A DNA stretch of 64,000 bases from Polyangiales bacterium (GTDB taxonomy: Bacteria > Myxococcota_A > Polyangia > Polyangiales > Ga0077539), in contig JBGARZ010000004.1 in NCBI GenBank assembly GCA_044229975.1, forward strand, positions 505,453-569,452, written 5' to 3'. A program made the translations under genes and the position numbers. The notes beneath the pieces are model-generated. The model was given only the letters and a program-made list of their open reading frames with translations, did no database searches and was not told where the DNA came from. Positions 7,385 to 16,797 of the stretch are shown in pieces. The stretch's first letter is position 1. The number at the start of each line of letters is the position of its first letter.

Positions 7385-9850
7385 ATGACAACCGCCCACT
7401 GGGTCATCCACAAGTTTGGCGGCACCAGCGTCGCCAGCGCCGATCGCTACCGCGAGGTGGCCGCCATCGTCGACCGCGAGCCCGGCGCCCGCAAAGCCAT
7501 CGTCGTGTCGGCGATGGCCAGGGTCACCGACGCCCTCCTCGCGCTCACCACGCTCGCCCGCTCGCGCGACGACTCGTACACCGCGCGCCTCGCCGAGCTG
7601 CTCGCGCGCCACGTCGACACCGCGCGCGCGCTGCTCCCCGCGGCCGCCGCCGATGCCCTCGCGGAGACCTTCGCGTCCGACGGTCGCGACCTCGCCGACG
7701 TGCTACGCGCGGCGTGGCTGGCGCGCTCGTGCTCCGAGGAGCTCACCGAGCTCGTGGCGGGCTACGGCGAGCTGTGGTCGGCGCAGTTGCTGGGAGCGTT
7801 TCGTGCGTCGCAGGGCAGGGCGACGCGGTGGCTCGACGCGCGCAAGGTGCTGGTGGTGCGGCCCGGCGAGACGGGCCCCATCATCGACTGGGAGGTGTCG
7901 CGGGCCAACGTCGCGCGCTGGCTGGCGACGGAGCCCGCCGAGGAGCTGGTCATCACGGGGTACGTGGCGCAGACGCCGGAGGGCGTTCCGACGACGCTCA
8001 AGCGCAACGGGAGCGACTACTCGGCGTCCATCTTCGGCTCCCTCCTCGACGCCTCCGCCGTCACCATCTGGACCGACGTCGACGGCGTGCTCAGCGCCGA
8101 TCCCCGGCGCGTCCCGGAGGCCGTGGTGCTGGACGAGATGTCCTACACCGAGGCGATGGAGCTCGCGTATTTCGGCGCCAAGGTGCTGCACCCGCGCACC
8201 ATGGCCCCGTGCGTGGCGCAGGGCATTCCCATCTGGATCCGCAACACCTTCAACGCCTCGCACCCCGGCACGCGCATCCACGGCGCGAAGAACGTCAAGC
8301 CCGGCGGCGCCGCGGTGAAGGGCTTCTCCACCATCGACGGCATCGCCCTCGTCAACGTCGAGGGCACCGGGATGGTGGGCGTCCCCGGCGTGGCGCAGCG
8401 CATCTTCGGCGCGCTGCGGGCGGTGGGCGTCTCGGTGGTGATGATCTCGCAGGCGAGCTCGGAGCACTCGGTGTGCTTCGCGGTTCCTGAGGCGCAGGGC
8501 GAGCTCGCGCGCACCACGGTGGACTCGGCCTTCGCGGCGGAGGTTCATCGCGGACAGATCCAGCGCGTGGAGGTCATCGCCGGGTGCAGCGTGCTGGCCG
8601 CGGTGGGCGAGCGCATGGCCGATACGCCGGGTGTTTCCGCGCGGCTCTTCGGCGCGCTCGGCAAGGCGGGCATCAACGTGCGCGCCATCGCTCAAGGGTC
8701 ATCCGAGCGCAACATCTCCCTCGTCATCGACCGCGCGGACTCCACGCGAGCGCTGCGGGCCGTTCACGCGGGCTTCTACCTCTCCGACCAGGTGATCTCG
8801 GTTGGTGTGGTGGGGCCTGGGCTCGTGGGCAAGGCGTTGCTCGCGCAGCTCGCCGCGCAGGCGCCGCACCTGCGATCGCGCTTCAAGGTCGACCTGCGGG
8901 TGCGGGCCGTCGCGAGCTCGTCGCGCATGGTGCTGGGCGACCCTTCGCTCACGCCGGAGCAGTGGGACGACCCGACGAGGTCGGCGCCGACGGATCTCGA
9001 CGCGCTGGCCGATCACATCCGCCCGTCGCACCTGCCGCACGCGGTCATCATCGACTGCTCGGCGAGCGACGCGGTGGCCGATCGGTACGCGGGGTGGCTG
9101 GGTCGCGGCATCCACGTCATCACGCCCAACAAGCGGGCGGGCGCGGGTCCGCTGGAGCGATACCGGTTGATCCGTGAGCGCGCGGAGGCGAAGCGAACGC
9201 GCTTCTTCTACGAGGCGACGGTGGGCGCGGGGCTGCCGGTCATCACGACGCTGCGTGACCTCATCCAGACGGGCGACCGCGTCACGCGCATCGAGGGCGT
9301 GCTGTCGGGGACGCTGTCGTACGTGTTCAATTCGTACACGCGGGGCAAGAGCTTCTCGGAGGTGGTGCGCGAGGCGAAGGCGCTCGGGTACACGGAGCCT
9401 GATCCGCGCGACGACCTCGCGGGGACGGACGTGGCGCGCAAGCTGGTGATCCTCGGCCGCGAGATGGACCTCGCGATGGAGCTCGACACCGTCGCGGTGC
9501 AGAGCCTGGTGCCGGAGGCGTTGCGGGGTGCCGACGTGGCGGCCTTCATGACGGGTCTGGCGGACTTCGACGCGCCGATGGCGGCGGCGTTGGAGGAGGC
9601 GCACGCGGCGGGCGAGGTGCTGCGCTACGTGGGCGTGATCGAGGCCGACGGTCGGGCGAGCGCGTCGCTGCGGCGGTACCCGGTGACGCACCCCTTCGCG
9701 CGCATCGGAGCGAGCGACAACATCCTGGCGTTCACGACGGCGCGGTATCACACGCAGCCGCTCATCGTGCAGGGCCCGGGCGCGGGGCCCGAGGTCACGG
9801 CGGGCGGGGTGTTCGCCGACCTGCTGCGACTGGCTTCGTCGGTGGGGTGA
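7385..9850 (+). CDS. thrA: Bifunctional aspartate kinase / homoserine dehydrogenase I
   Basis: KFGGTS, RNGSDYSA, WTDVDG, two ACT domains, GPGLVG, TPNK, YEATVGAGLP, YTEPDPRDDL, GPGAG. Confidence 0.95.
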   Translation: MTTAHWVIHKFGGTSVASADRYREVAAIVDREPGARKAIVVSAMARVTDALLALTTLARSRDDSYTARLAELLARHVDTARALLPAAAADALAETFASDGRDLADVLRAAWLARSCSEELTELVAGYGELWSAQLLGAFRASQGRATRWLDARKVLVVRPGETGPIIDWEVSRANVARWLATEPAEELVITGYVAQTPEGVPTTLKRNGSDYSASIFGSLLDASAVTIWTDVDGVLSADPRRVPEAVVLDEMSYTEAMELAYFGAKVLHPRTMAPCVAQGIPIWIRNTFNASHPGTRIHGAKNVKPGGAAVKGFSTIDGIALVNVEGTGMVGVPGVAQRIFGALRAVGVSVVMISQASSEHSVCFAVPEAQGELARTTVDSAFAAEVHRGQIQRVEVIAGCSVLAAVGERMADTPGVSARLFGALGKAGINVRAIAQGSSERNISLVIDRADSTRALRAVHAGFYLSDQVISVGVVGPGLVGKALLAQLAAQAPHLRSRFKVDLRVRAVASSSRMVLGDPSLTPEQWDDPTRSAPTDLDALADHIRPSHLPHAVIIDCSASDAVADRYAGWLGRGIHVITPNKRAGAGPLERYRLIRERAEAKRTRFFYEATVGAGLPVITTLRDLIQTGDRVTRIEGVLSGTLSYVFNSYTRGKSFSEVVREAKALGYTEPDPRDDLAGTDVARKLVILGREMDLAMELDTVAVQSLVPEALRGADVAAFMTGLADFDAPMAAALEEAHAAGEVLRYVGVIEADGRASASLRRYPVTHPFARIGASDNILAFTTARYHTQPLIVQGPGAGPEVTAGGVFADLLRLASSVG

Positions 9851-9852
9851 AG

Positions 9853-10083
9853 GGGCCGGAGTTCGCGTGACCCCGTTGCAGGGGCGTGCAGTCGCTCACT
9901 CCGGGCTATTTCAGGTGGTCACCTCGCGGCGCAAGGTTGCAGGGACTCACGACCGATCATGGATGGGCGATGGGCTGTTCGTTGAAACCAGTGCTGCAAC
10001 CTCGCGCCGCGAGGTGACCACCTGAAATAGCCCGGAGTGAGCGACTGCACGCCTCTGCAACGGGGTCACGCGAACTCCGGCCC
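9853..10083. repeat. Long palindromic REP/REPIN/MITE-like element, copy 1
   Basis: 90-bp arms at 9853-9942 and 9994-10083 are reverse complements (2 mismatches) around a 51-bp spacer. Lies between convergent thrA and lysR. Confidence 0.9.
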
Positions 10084-10089
10084 ACCGAC

Positions 10090-11019
10090 TCACCCCTTCA
10101 ACTCATCCGGTGACGACCGCGCCGCGGAGAGCACCCGCGCCCGCAGCCACGCGTGCGCCGGGTCGCGGTGCCGTCGCTCGTGCCAGCTCTGCCACACCGT
10201 GAACCCCTCCAGCGCGATGGGCACCGGCCGCGTCACCAGCGGGAGCAGTCCGACGTACGCCCGCGCCATTCGCTCGGGCGCCGTCCAGATGAGGTCCGAC
10301 CCCGTCACCACGTGCGGCGCCACCAGAAACTGCGGAACCGTCAGCCCCACCCGCCGCGTTCGTCCGACGCTCGCGAGCGCGGTGTCCACCGGGCTGCCGG
10401 GCAGTCCGCGCGGCGCGATGAGCAGGTGCGGGTACGACAGCCACGCGTCGAGGTCGAAGGCCCGCTTCTTCTTCAGCACCGGGTGCCCTTCGCGCAGCAC
10501 GCACACGAAGCGTTCGTGCATGAGCCGCTGGCGGTAGTAGTGGGCGCGCTCGTCCTGGTAGGGGCCGATGAGCAGGTCGAGCTCGCCGTCGCCGAGCATC
10601 CGTCGGCCGTCGTCGTTGGACGTCGTGCACACGCGCACGTCGACGCCCGGCGCCTCGACGGCGAGCGTCGCCCACAGCTCCGGCAGCAGCACGAACGACC
10701 CGTGATCGGCCGTCGCCACGGTGAAGGTGCGCGTCGCAGTCGCAGGGTCGAACTTCGCCGGGCCTTCGAGCGTGAGGCGCACGGCGTCGAGGCAGCGGGC
10801 GAGCGGCGGGCCCAGGGCGAGGGCGCGGTCGGTGGGCTCGACGCCTCCCGGTCGGCGCACGAAGAGGGGGTCGCCGAAGAGGTCGCGCAGGCGCTGGAGG
10901 GCGTGCGACATGGCGGGCTGGCTGAGCCCGAGGCGGCGCGCGGCGCGGGTGACCGAGCGCTCGGCGAGCAGCGCTTCGAGGGTGACCAGGAGGTTGAGGT
11001 CGACGGCGGCGAGATTCAT
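10090..11019 (-). CDS. LysR-family transcriptional regulator
   Basis: 'MNLAAVDLNLL...SVTRAARRLGLSQPAMSHALQRLR...DPLFVR' HTH plus substrate-binding domain. ATG at 11019. Confidence 0.95.
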   Translation of the reverse strand: MNLAAVDLNLLVTLEALLAERSVTRAARRLGLSQPAMSHALQRLRDLFGDPLFVRRPGGVEPTDRALALGPPLARCLDAVRLTLEGPAKFDPATATRTFTVATADHGSFVLLPELWATLAVEAPGVDVRVCTTSNDDGRRMLGDGELDLLIGPYQDERAHYYRQRLMHERFVCVLREGHPVLKKKRAFDLDAWLSYPHLLIAPRGLPGSPVDTALASVGRTRRVGLTVPQFLVAPHVVTGSDLIWTAPERMARAYVGLLPLVTRPVPIALEGFTVWQSWHERRHRDPAHAWLRARVLSAARSSPDELKG

Positions 11020-11138
11020 GGCGCGAATGACGAGTATGCCATCGTTCGATTGGACGAATGATGGGGGAGGGCCCATCTTCGTCGGCGTCGCGGTGGTCAA
11101 CAGCAACAGACCACATGGCCGCGGCGGAGGGTTTCATC

Positions 11139-12011
11139 ATGTTCGTCGTCGCTGGAGTCTCTGGGAACACTGGTTCGGTCGTCGCGGAGACGCTGCTCGC
11201 GCAGGGCAGGCCGGTGCGGGTGGTGGTTCGTGATGCGAGCAAGGGCGCGGCGTGGAAGGCCCGCGGCGCCGAGGTGGCCGTGGCCGACGTGGCCGACGCG
11301 AAGGCGCTCGGTGAGGCGCTGAAGGGCGCGACGGGGGCGTACCTGCTGGTGCCTCCCTTCGGCTGGGGGTCGGCCGACCCGGTGGGCGAGCAGAACGCCA
11401 AGGTCGCAGGCATCGCCGAGGCGGTGAAGACGGCGAAGCCGGCGCACGTGGTGCTGCTGTCGTCCGTCGGCGCGCAGCACGCGAAGGGAACGGGGCCCAT
11501 CGCGGTGCTCCACACGCTCGAAGAGAAGCTGCGGGAGACCGGGGTTCCCGCGACGTTTCTGCGCGCGGCGTACTTCATGGAGAACTGGGGCGGCAGCCTC
11601 GCGGGCGCGCTGGAGAGCGGCGCGGCCTACAACGGGCTGAGCGCGGCGAAGAAGTTCCCGCAGATCGCGACGCACGACATCGGGACGACGGCGGCGCGGC
11701 TGCTGGTCGAGCCGGTGAAGTCGGGTGTGCGGGTGGTCGAGCTGTCGGGCCCGGAGGAGTACTCCTTCGACGACGCGGCCGCGACCATCGGCAAGATCGC
11801 GGGCAAGGAGGTCAAGGCGGTGCAGGTCCCCATCGCGGGGATGGAGGGCGCGCTCCAGGGCATGGGGGCGTCGGCGGCGGTGGCGGGCCTCTACGGCGAG
11901 ATGACCGACGGCGTGAACCGCGACCACGTGACGTGGGAGGGCGGCAGCGCCATCGCGGTGCGCGGGCCGACGACGCTGGAGGCGGTGCTGCGCGGGTTGT
12001 TGAAGAAGTAG
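11139..12011 (+). CDS. NmrA-family NAD(P)-binding protein
   Basis: 'MFVVAGVSGNTG' Rossmann motif and 'LRAAYFMEN'. Divergent from LysR. Confidence 0.9.
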   Translation: MFVVAGVSGNTGSVVAETLLAQGRPVRVVVRDASKGAAWKARGAEVAVADVADAKALGEALKGATGAYLLVPPFGWGSADPVGEQNAKVAGIAEAVKTAKPAHVVLLSSVGAQHAKGTGPIAVLHTLEEKLRETGVPATFLRAAYFMENWGGSLAGALESGAAYNGLSAAKKFPQIATHDIGTTAARLLVEPVKSGVRVVELSGPEEYSFDDAAATIGKIAGKEVKAVQVPIAGMEGALQGMGASAAVAGLYGEMTDGVNRDHVTWEGGSAIAVRGPTTLEAVLRGLLKK

Positions 12012-12023
12012 GCGGGTCGTTGC

Positions 12024-12246
12024 CGGAGTTCGCGTGACCCCGTTGCAGGGGCGTGCAGTCGCTCACTCCGGGCTATTTCAGGTGGTCACCTCGCGATGCG
12101 AGGTTGCAAGAACTCTCGACTGACGATGAGCGAGTCGATGGGTTGTTCGTTGAAACCAGTGCTGCAACCTCGCATCGCGAGGTGACCACCTGAAATAGCC
12201 CGGAGTGAGCGACTGCACACCCCTGCAACGGGTCCCGCGAACTCCG
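12024..12246. repeat. Long palindromic REP/REPIN/MITE-like element, copy 2
   Basis: Arms nearly identical to copy 1, same orientation, with a diverged spacer. Lies between convergent nmrA and the 12268-13365 gene. Confidence 0.9.
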
Positions 12247-12267
12247 ACGCGCAGCGGGCTCAGGACA

Positions 12268-13365
12268 TCAGTGGATGCCCTGGGCCTTGGCGTCTTCGAT
12301 GAGGGTGTACTCGCGCTCGAAGAGCACGCGCTGGTCGGTGACGATCTGGAGGTTCTTGCTGTTCTGCTCGGTGGGCTCGAAGGCGCCGAGGCTGGCCATC
12401 TGCTTGCCGATCTCCGCGAGCTGGTCGCAGATGTTGGTGAGCAGGTCGAGGCTGCGGGTGCGACGGTCTTGCCCCGCGAAGCCCTTGCGGTACTCCTCGA
12501 ACACCTCGTTGGCCGCGCCGCCGAGGTTGCCCTGGAGGTCGGTGATCTTCGTCGACTGCCGCGCCTTCCGGATCTCCTCCAGCTCGCTGCGGTAGGTGCC
12601 GAGGCTCTGCTCGACGATGGTGATGTTCTGCTCGTTGTACTCGGCGCGCAGGCCCTTGCCCTTGAGGGTCTTCATGCGGTCGACCACCTGCGTGAGGTTG
12701 TCGATCATGCGCTGGAGCAGCTCGGGGCGGCGCGTCGCGCGCGACTTGCCCGCGAAGTGCGCCTCGTAGAGGTTGAACTGCGCGTTGGCCAGCTCGGCGA
12801 GGGCGCTCGCCTGCTCGTCGTCGGTGCCCACGGCGCGCGCCTCGATGATCTCACCGCGCTCGGCCTTGTACATGGCGATGTTGTCGGCCACGAGCTTGAG
12901 GTCGTCCTCGACGCCGGGCTGTCCCTTGAGCTCGGGGGCGAGCTCGTTCATCGACTCCTGGATGGTCTCCAGGTCGTCGATCATCTCGGCGAGCAGGCCC
13001 AGGTCGCGGGTGTTGCGCGACTTGCCCGCGAAGTGCCGGTGGTACTTCGCGAACACGAAGTTGGCCTCGCCCCGCAGCGTCGAGAAGTCCTCGAAGCCCG
13101 GTCCGAGGCTGCGGGCCTTCATGATCTCCTTGCGCTCGGCGTCGTACAGGTTGACCGCGTCGCGCGCGGTGCCTTCGAGCTCCGTGCGGTCCTTGGACTT
13201 CGGGAGCTTCTCGAGGTCTTGCAGGAGCTGCTGCGCGCGGCGCGTCAGCGAGTTGAGGTCGTTGAGGTCGCGGGTCACGCGCGACTGACCCGCGAAGCGG
13301 GCGTCGTACTCCGCGGAGATCTGATCGAGCTGAACACGGATCTGGGCCAGGGTGAGGTTCGCCAT
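12268..13365 (-). CDS. Hypothetical protein with four ~90-aa helical repeats
   Basis: Y-x3-FAG(Q/K)(S/D)RxTR occurs four times at 88/92/92-codon spacing. Strong codon bias. Confidence 0.85.
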   Translation of the reverse strand: MANLTLAQIRVQLDQISAEYDARFAGQSRVTRDLNDLNSLTRRAQQLLQDLEKLPKSKDRTELEGTARDAVNLYDAERKEIMKARSLGPGFEDFSTLRGEANFVFAKYHRHFAGKSRNTRDLGLLAEMIDDLETIQESMNELAPELKGQPGVEDDLKLVADNIAMYKAERGEIIEARAVGTDDEQASALAELANAQFNLYEAHFAGKSRATRRPELLQRMIDNLTQVVDRMKTLKGKGLRAEYNEQNITIVEQSLGTYRSELEEIRKARQSTKITDLQGNLGGAANEVFEEYRKGFAGQDRRTRSLDLLTNICDQLAEIGKQMASLGAFEPTEQNSKNLQIVTDQRVLFEREYTLIEDAKAQGIH

Positions 13366-13579
13366 AGGGGCGCGGACACTACCGGAGAGAATGCCCGTGC
13401 GCGAGGCCCCGTGGGCCCCAACGAGCGATCAAAATGCACGACGATTCTACGGGAATACAACCGGCGCGGCGTGGAGCCGCGGGGCGGTCGTGCCGTCGGC
13501 GAGCTCACCGGCAGGGTTGTCGCCCCAGCACGCGACGGTGCCGCGACGACTTCACGAACGCCCATCGAGCGGACCGGTA

Positions 13580-14455
13580 TCACTGAGGGAGCTCATCGCG
13601 GTCCACGGCTTGTGGGACCAGAGACACGTAACAAATTCCCACGGGCCGTCGCGCGCGCACCGACACCCGGTAGCTGCCCGCCGGGTGAGCGCGGCCCACC
13701 ACCGCCGTGCCCTCCCGTGGGTACTCGACGACGGTCGCGTCGGGCGCCGCGACCTGCAACGCCGCGAGTTCGGTGCCGGTACACCACGCGTCGACCTGCA
13801 GTGACTGACCGGCGTCGAGCAGGACGTCGAGCGCGGGGAAATGTCCGTTCGCGTCGATGGGGAGAAGGCGCCTGACGTCGGTGCGCCCGACCCCGAAGTA
13901 CACGCTCGTGGGCAGTGCGGTAGGCCGCGCGCAGTTCGAGTGTTGCGGCGCGCAGGCGACGGTCGCGGCGGTGAGCTCGACGAGCCGTCCGTCGCGCAGC
14001 CCGCGACGGTGAGTGATCGAATATCGTGCTGGCGTCGCGCCCAGATCGTTCGCGAGGCGCCGCTCGATCACGACTCCACGCTCGATGCGGAGGCTCAGGA
14101 CGAGGCCGTCGTTGCGCTCGCTCTCGTCGAGCCGGGCGACCTCTCGGAGCCGCCCGTCGCGCAGCGCGAAGACCCGCGTGTCGCGGACGGGCTCGACGCC
14201 CAGGCCGCCGCACCCGGTCGCCACGACGGCCTCGTCGCCGCCGTCGCCGTCGAGGTCCCCGAAGGCCACGCCGTACACCATGAACCACTGTCGGAAGGGA
14301 GTGTCGGTCGGCTCGGAGTAGGAGCCGTGCCGTGTCCGCACCGAGCCCAGGGAAGTGTCCGTCCAGACGCGGTTGCGGAAGTCGATCGCGCGAATGTCCT
14401 GCGCCTGCCCGACGGACGCGAAGAAGAACAGCGCGCAGAAGATCGTCGATCGCAT
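13580..14455 (-). CDS. Secreted hypothetical protein
   Basis: ATG at 14455, signal peptide MRSTIFCALFFFASVGQA, and a 'GDLDGDGGDEA' Ca-binding-like loop. Confidence 0.65.
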   Translation of the reverse strand: MRSTIFCALFFFASVGQAQDIRAIDFRNRVWTDTSLGSVRTRHGSYSEPTDTPFRQWFMVYGVAFGDLDGDGGDEAVVATGCGGLGVEPVRDTRVFALRDGRLREVARLDESERNDGLVLSLRIERGVVIERRLANDLGATPARYSITHRRGLRDGRLVELTAATVACAPQHSNCARPTALPTSVYFGVGRTDVRRLLPIDANGHFPALDVLLDAGQSLQVDAWCTGTELAALQVAAPDATVVEYPREGTAVVGRAHPAGSYRVSVRARRPVGICYVSLVPQAVDRDELPQ

Positions 14456-14559
14456 GCGTCGACGCCGCAGTGCAGCGCGTGTGCCTGCGACGACCTTGAA
14501 ACGCATCGTGCTCACGGGCGGTACTGCTGCGAGTCCATGAACGTCGGTCGCGCCGTCCG

Positions 14560-15312
14560 TCACTGCGCGGGCAGCGCGAGCAGCGCGCGGTCGATGTCGT
14601 CGCCCGTGAGGCGCGTCGCGAAGAGCTGCGCCACGGTGAGGCCGCGGCGGTCGAGCAGGTAGGCGACGCGCAGGTGGTAGCGCAGGTAGAGGCCGCTGCG
14701 CCTCGGGGACATGGACTCGTCGCCCGCGCGGAGGGACGCGAGCGCTCGATCGACGTGGAGGCCGTCGCCGCGGCCGACGCGGTCGGCGTAGCCTTCGCGC
14801 AGCCACGCGGGGAGGGCGCGCTCGCGGCGGTAGCCGAGGAAGCGGTAGATCAGCGAGTGGGCGACCTCGTGCGCGATGAAGTAGTGCATCGAGCGGCCCG
14901 CGGAGGTCGCGGGCCTTCCAGAGAGGCCGTAGACGACGTCGCGCGAGGGGTCGGCGCGGCGCAGGAACACCGCGTCGGTGAAGGGCTCGCGGTTGATGCC
15001 GCCGCCGCGTTGCCAGAGGAAGAAGAGGCGCTCGCGCCACGGGCGGTTGCAGACGAAGACGCGCGCCCGGTCGCCGGGGCGGTTGATGGGAGAGGCGCGG
15101 AGCTGGTCGTGGGCGAGGGTGAGGACGCGGCGACCGGCGGCCGCGTCGAAGGGCTCGTCGGACCAGAGGGAGAGGTTGTCGACGGAGACGGAGTGGGCGA
15201 AGAGGGGCTCCGGGTGCCGCAGCACCGCGAGGTACACGAGCGGGACGACGACGAGGACGGCGAGCGCGGCGCCGACGGCGCGACGGAGGGCTCGGCGTCG
15301 GTGTGGGCTCAT
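14560..15312 (-). CDS. Membrane-anchored gluzincin-like metallopeptidase
   Basis: N-terminal TM helix and 'IAHEVAH...PAWLREGYAD' (HExxH...E). Confidence 0.7.
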   Translation of the reverse strand: MSPHRRRALRRAVGAALAVLVVVPLVYLAVLRHPEPLFAHSVSVDNLSLWSDEPFDAAAGRRVLTLAHDQLRASPINRPGDRARVFVCNRPWRERLFFLWQRGGGINREPFTDAVFLRRADPSRDVVYGLSGRPATSAGRSMHYFIAHEVAHSLIYRFLGYRRERALPAWLREGYADRVGRGDGLHVDRALASLRAGDESMSPRRSGLYLRYHLRVAYLLDRRGLTVAQLFATRLTGDDIDRALLALPAQ

Positions 15313-15360
15313 CGCGGCGTGAACCCGCGGATGCGCGACGGGCTTCCCGGCGGGGGGCTC

Positions 15361-15822
15361 CTACGGGCGGTAATGCTGCCAGTACATGAACACCGGACGC
15401 GCCGCGGCGGTCTCGACGAGGACGACGTACCGGCCGTCCTCCGTCAGGTCGAGATAGACCTCGTCGTAACAGGTGTCGGCTCGCAGGGGCCGCGTCGTCG
15501 GGACGACGAGGGAGTCCGGGTACCGCGTCACGATCTCGTCGACGGTGGCCTGCATCACCGCGCCGGTCTCTCGTCGGTCGGTGTTGCGGAACCGGAACGT
15601 GCGGCGCTCCCTGTTCAACTCGGGGCCGAGGGCGTGGCGGCTCCCCGGCGCGGTGTGCGCCAGGAAGTAGCGGAGCGCGGCGGCGTAGACCCGCCTCGGC
15701 GACACGCGCTCCCCGTTGCTGGGATCGATCGGCAGCGCTTCGCACGGCGTCGCGTCGGCGGGCGTCGCGGTCAACAGCGACAGCACGATGCACGCGGCGA
15801 TGGCGGAGCGGGTACGGGTCAT
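15361..15822 (-). CDS. Secreted hypothetical protein
   Basis: ATG at 15822 and signal peptide MTRTRSAIAACIVLSLLTATPADA. Confidence 0.55.
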   Translation of the reverse strand: MTRTRSAIAACIVLSLLTATPADATPCEALPIDPSNGERVSPRRVYAAALRYFLAHTAPGSRHALGPELNRERRTFRFRNTDRRETGAVMQATVDEIVTRYPDSLVVPTTRPLRADTCYDEVYLDLTEDGRYVVLVETAAARPVFMYWQHYRP

Positions 15823-15844
15823 GGTCTGGATGTCTCTCGCGTCG

Positions 15845-16786
15845 TCAGGGGCAGTTGTTGATGCCCGACGTGATGGTGGACAGCTCGCGCGCGAGGTCGT
15901 CGGCGGTGTTGGCGGGATAGAACCGCGGCGTCGACGCGCGGGCCCGTCCGCCCGCGATGGCCATCGCATCGAGCACGCTGGAGAAGGCCTCGGCGCCGTT
16001 GAGGCCGACCACATACGTGAACACCTCCCGCCGACGGAGCATCTCGATGGACTGCACCGTGCGGTCGTCGTCCAGGCAGTTGATGGGGTCGAACACACCG
16101 TGGCCCGAGGTGCAGCTCGACGCCGCGCCCGTGCAGCGGCAGGTCGACGGGGAGAGCGAGGGGTTGCAGTTGGGCGCGCCGTCCGTCGCGAGGATGAGGT
16201 AGCGGTCGCCGTCCGCGTCGGGGTGGTCGACGAACCACCGGCCCGCGACCTCCACTGCCCCCGCGGTGGGCGTCGGCCCGTCTGGCGGGGTCGCGCGGAG
16301 TCGCGCGAGGATGGCGCTGGCCGCGTTGAGCTGGGGTTCGAGGTCGAGCGTCGTGCGGAGCGCGCAGACCTGTTCGTCCGCGGGCGTCCTTCCCCCCGCG
16401 ACGGGCTGTGGGAAGGTCACCAGTCCGAGCGCGACGTTGCGCTCGATGCGCGGCAGGACGGCCTCCAGCGCGGCCAGCAGGGCGGCCCACTTCTGGGCGC
16501 CGCCGAGGGTGTTCTCTCGCATGCTGCCCGAGCGGTCGACGACGAGGATCGCGCTGGTGCGGCACGCGAGAGACGTCGAGGCGTCGCCAGAGGGGGTGGT
16601 GCCGCCGGGGAGCGTTCCGCCGACGACCGCGCCGCCGCCTCCACCGCGCACACCGACCACCGTGGCCTCGTCGAAGGACGCGTCGATCGGGCCGTTGGTG
16701 AACCCCGCCGGCCGCGCGTCGCCCGAGCATCCCAGCGCCGTCGCGAGGGCGAGGACACCGACCCGCGAGAGGACGCTCGGCCACAT
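15845..16786 (-). CDS. VWA-domain lipoprotein
   Basis: Lipobox ALGC, MIDAS 'VVDRSGSM', 'TPT', 'ILATDGAPNC'. Confidence 0.85.
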   Translation of the reverse strand: MWPSVLSRVGVLALATALGCSGDARPAGFTNGPIDASFDEATVVGVRGGGGGAVVGGTLPGGTTPSGDASTSLACRTSAILVVDRSGSMRENTLGGAQKWAALLAALEAVLPRIERNVALGLVTFPQPVAGGRTPADEQVCALRTTLDLEPQLNAASAILARLRATPPDGPTPTAGAVEVAGRWFVDHPDADGDRYLILATDGAPNCNPSLSPSTCRCTGAASSCTSGHGVFDPINCLDDDRTVQSIEMLRRREVFTYVVGLNGAEAFSSVLDAMAIAGGRARASTPRFYPANTADDLARELSTITSGINNCP

Positions 16787-16797
16787 GGGGAGTGAGG

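Noticed and set aside
9853..12246. Autonomous IS or transposon
   Set aside because: No transposase between or near the repeats and no clear target-site duplication.
10037..13875. ORFs starting MSDCTPLQR (10037+, 12066-, 12205+)
   Set aside because: They start inside the palindromic repeat arms and run antisense to real genes.
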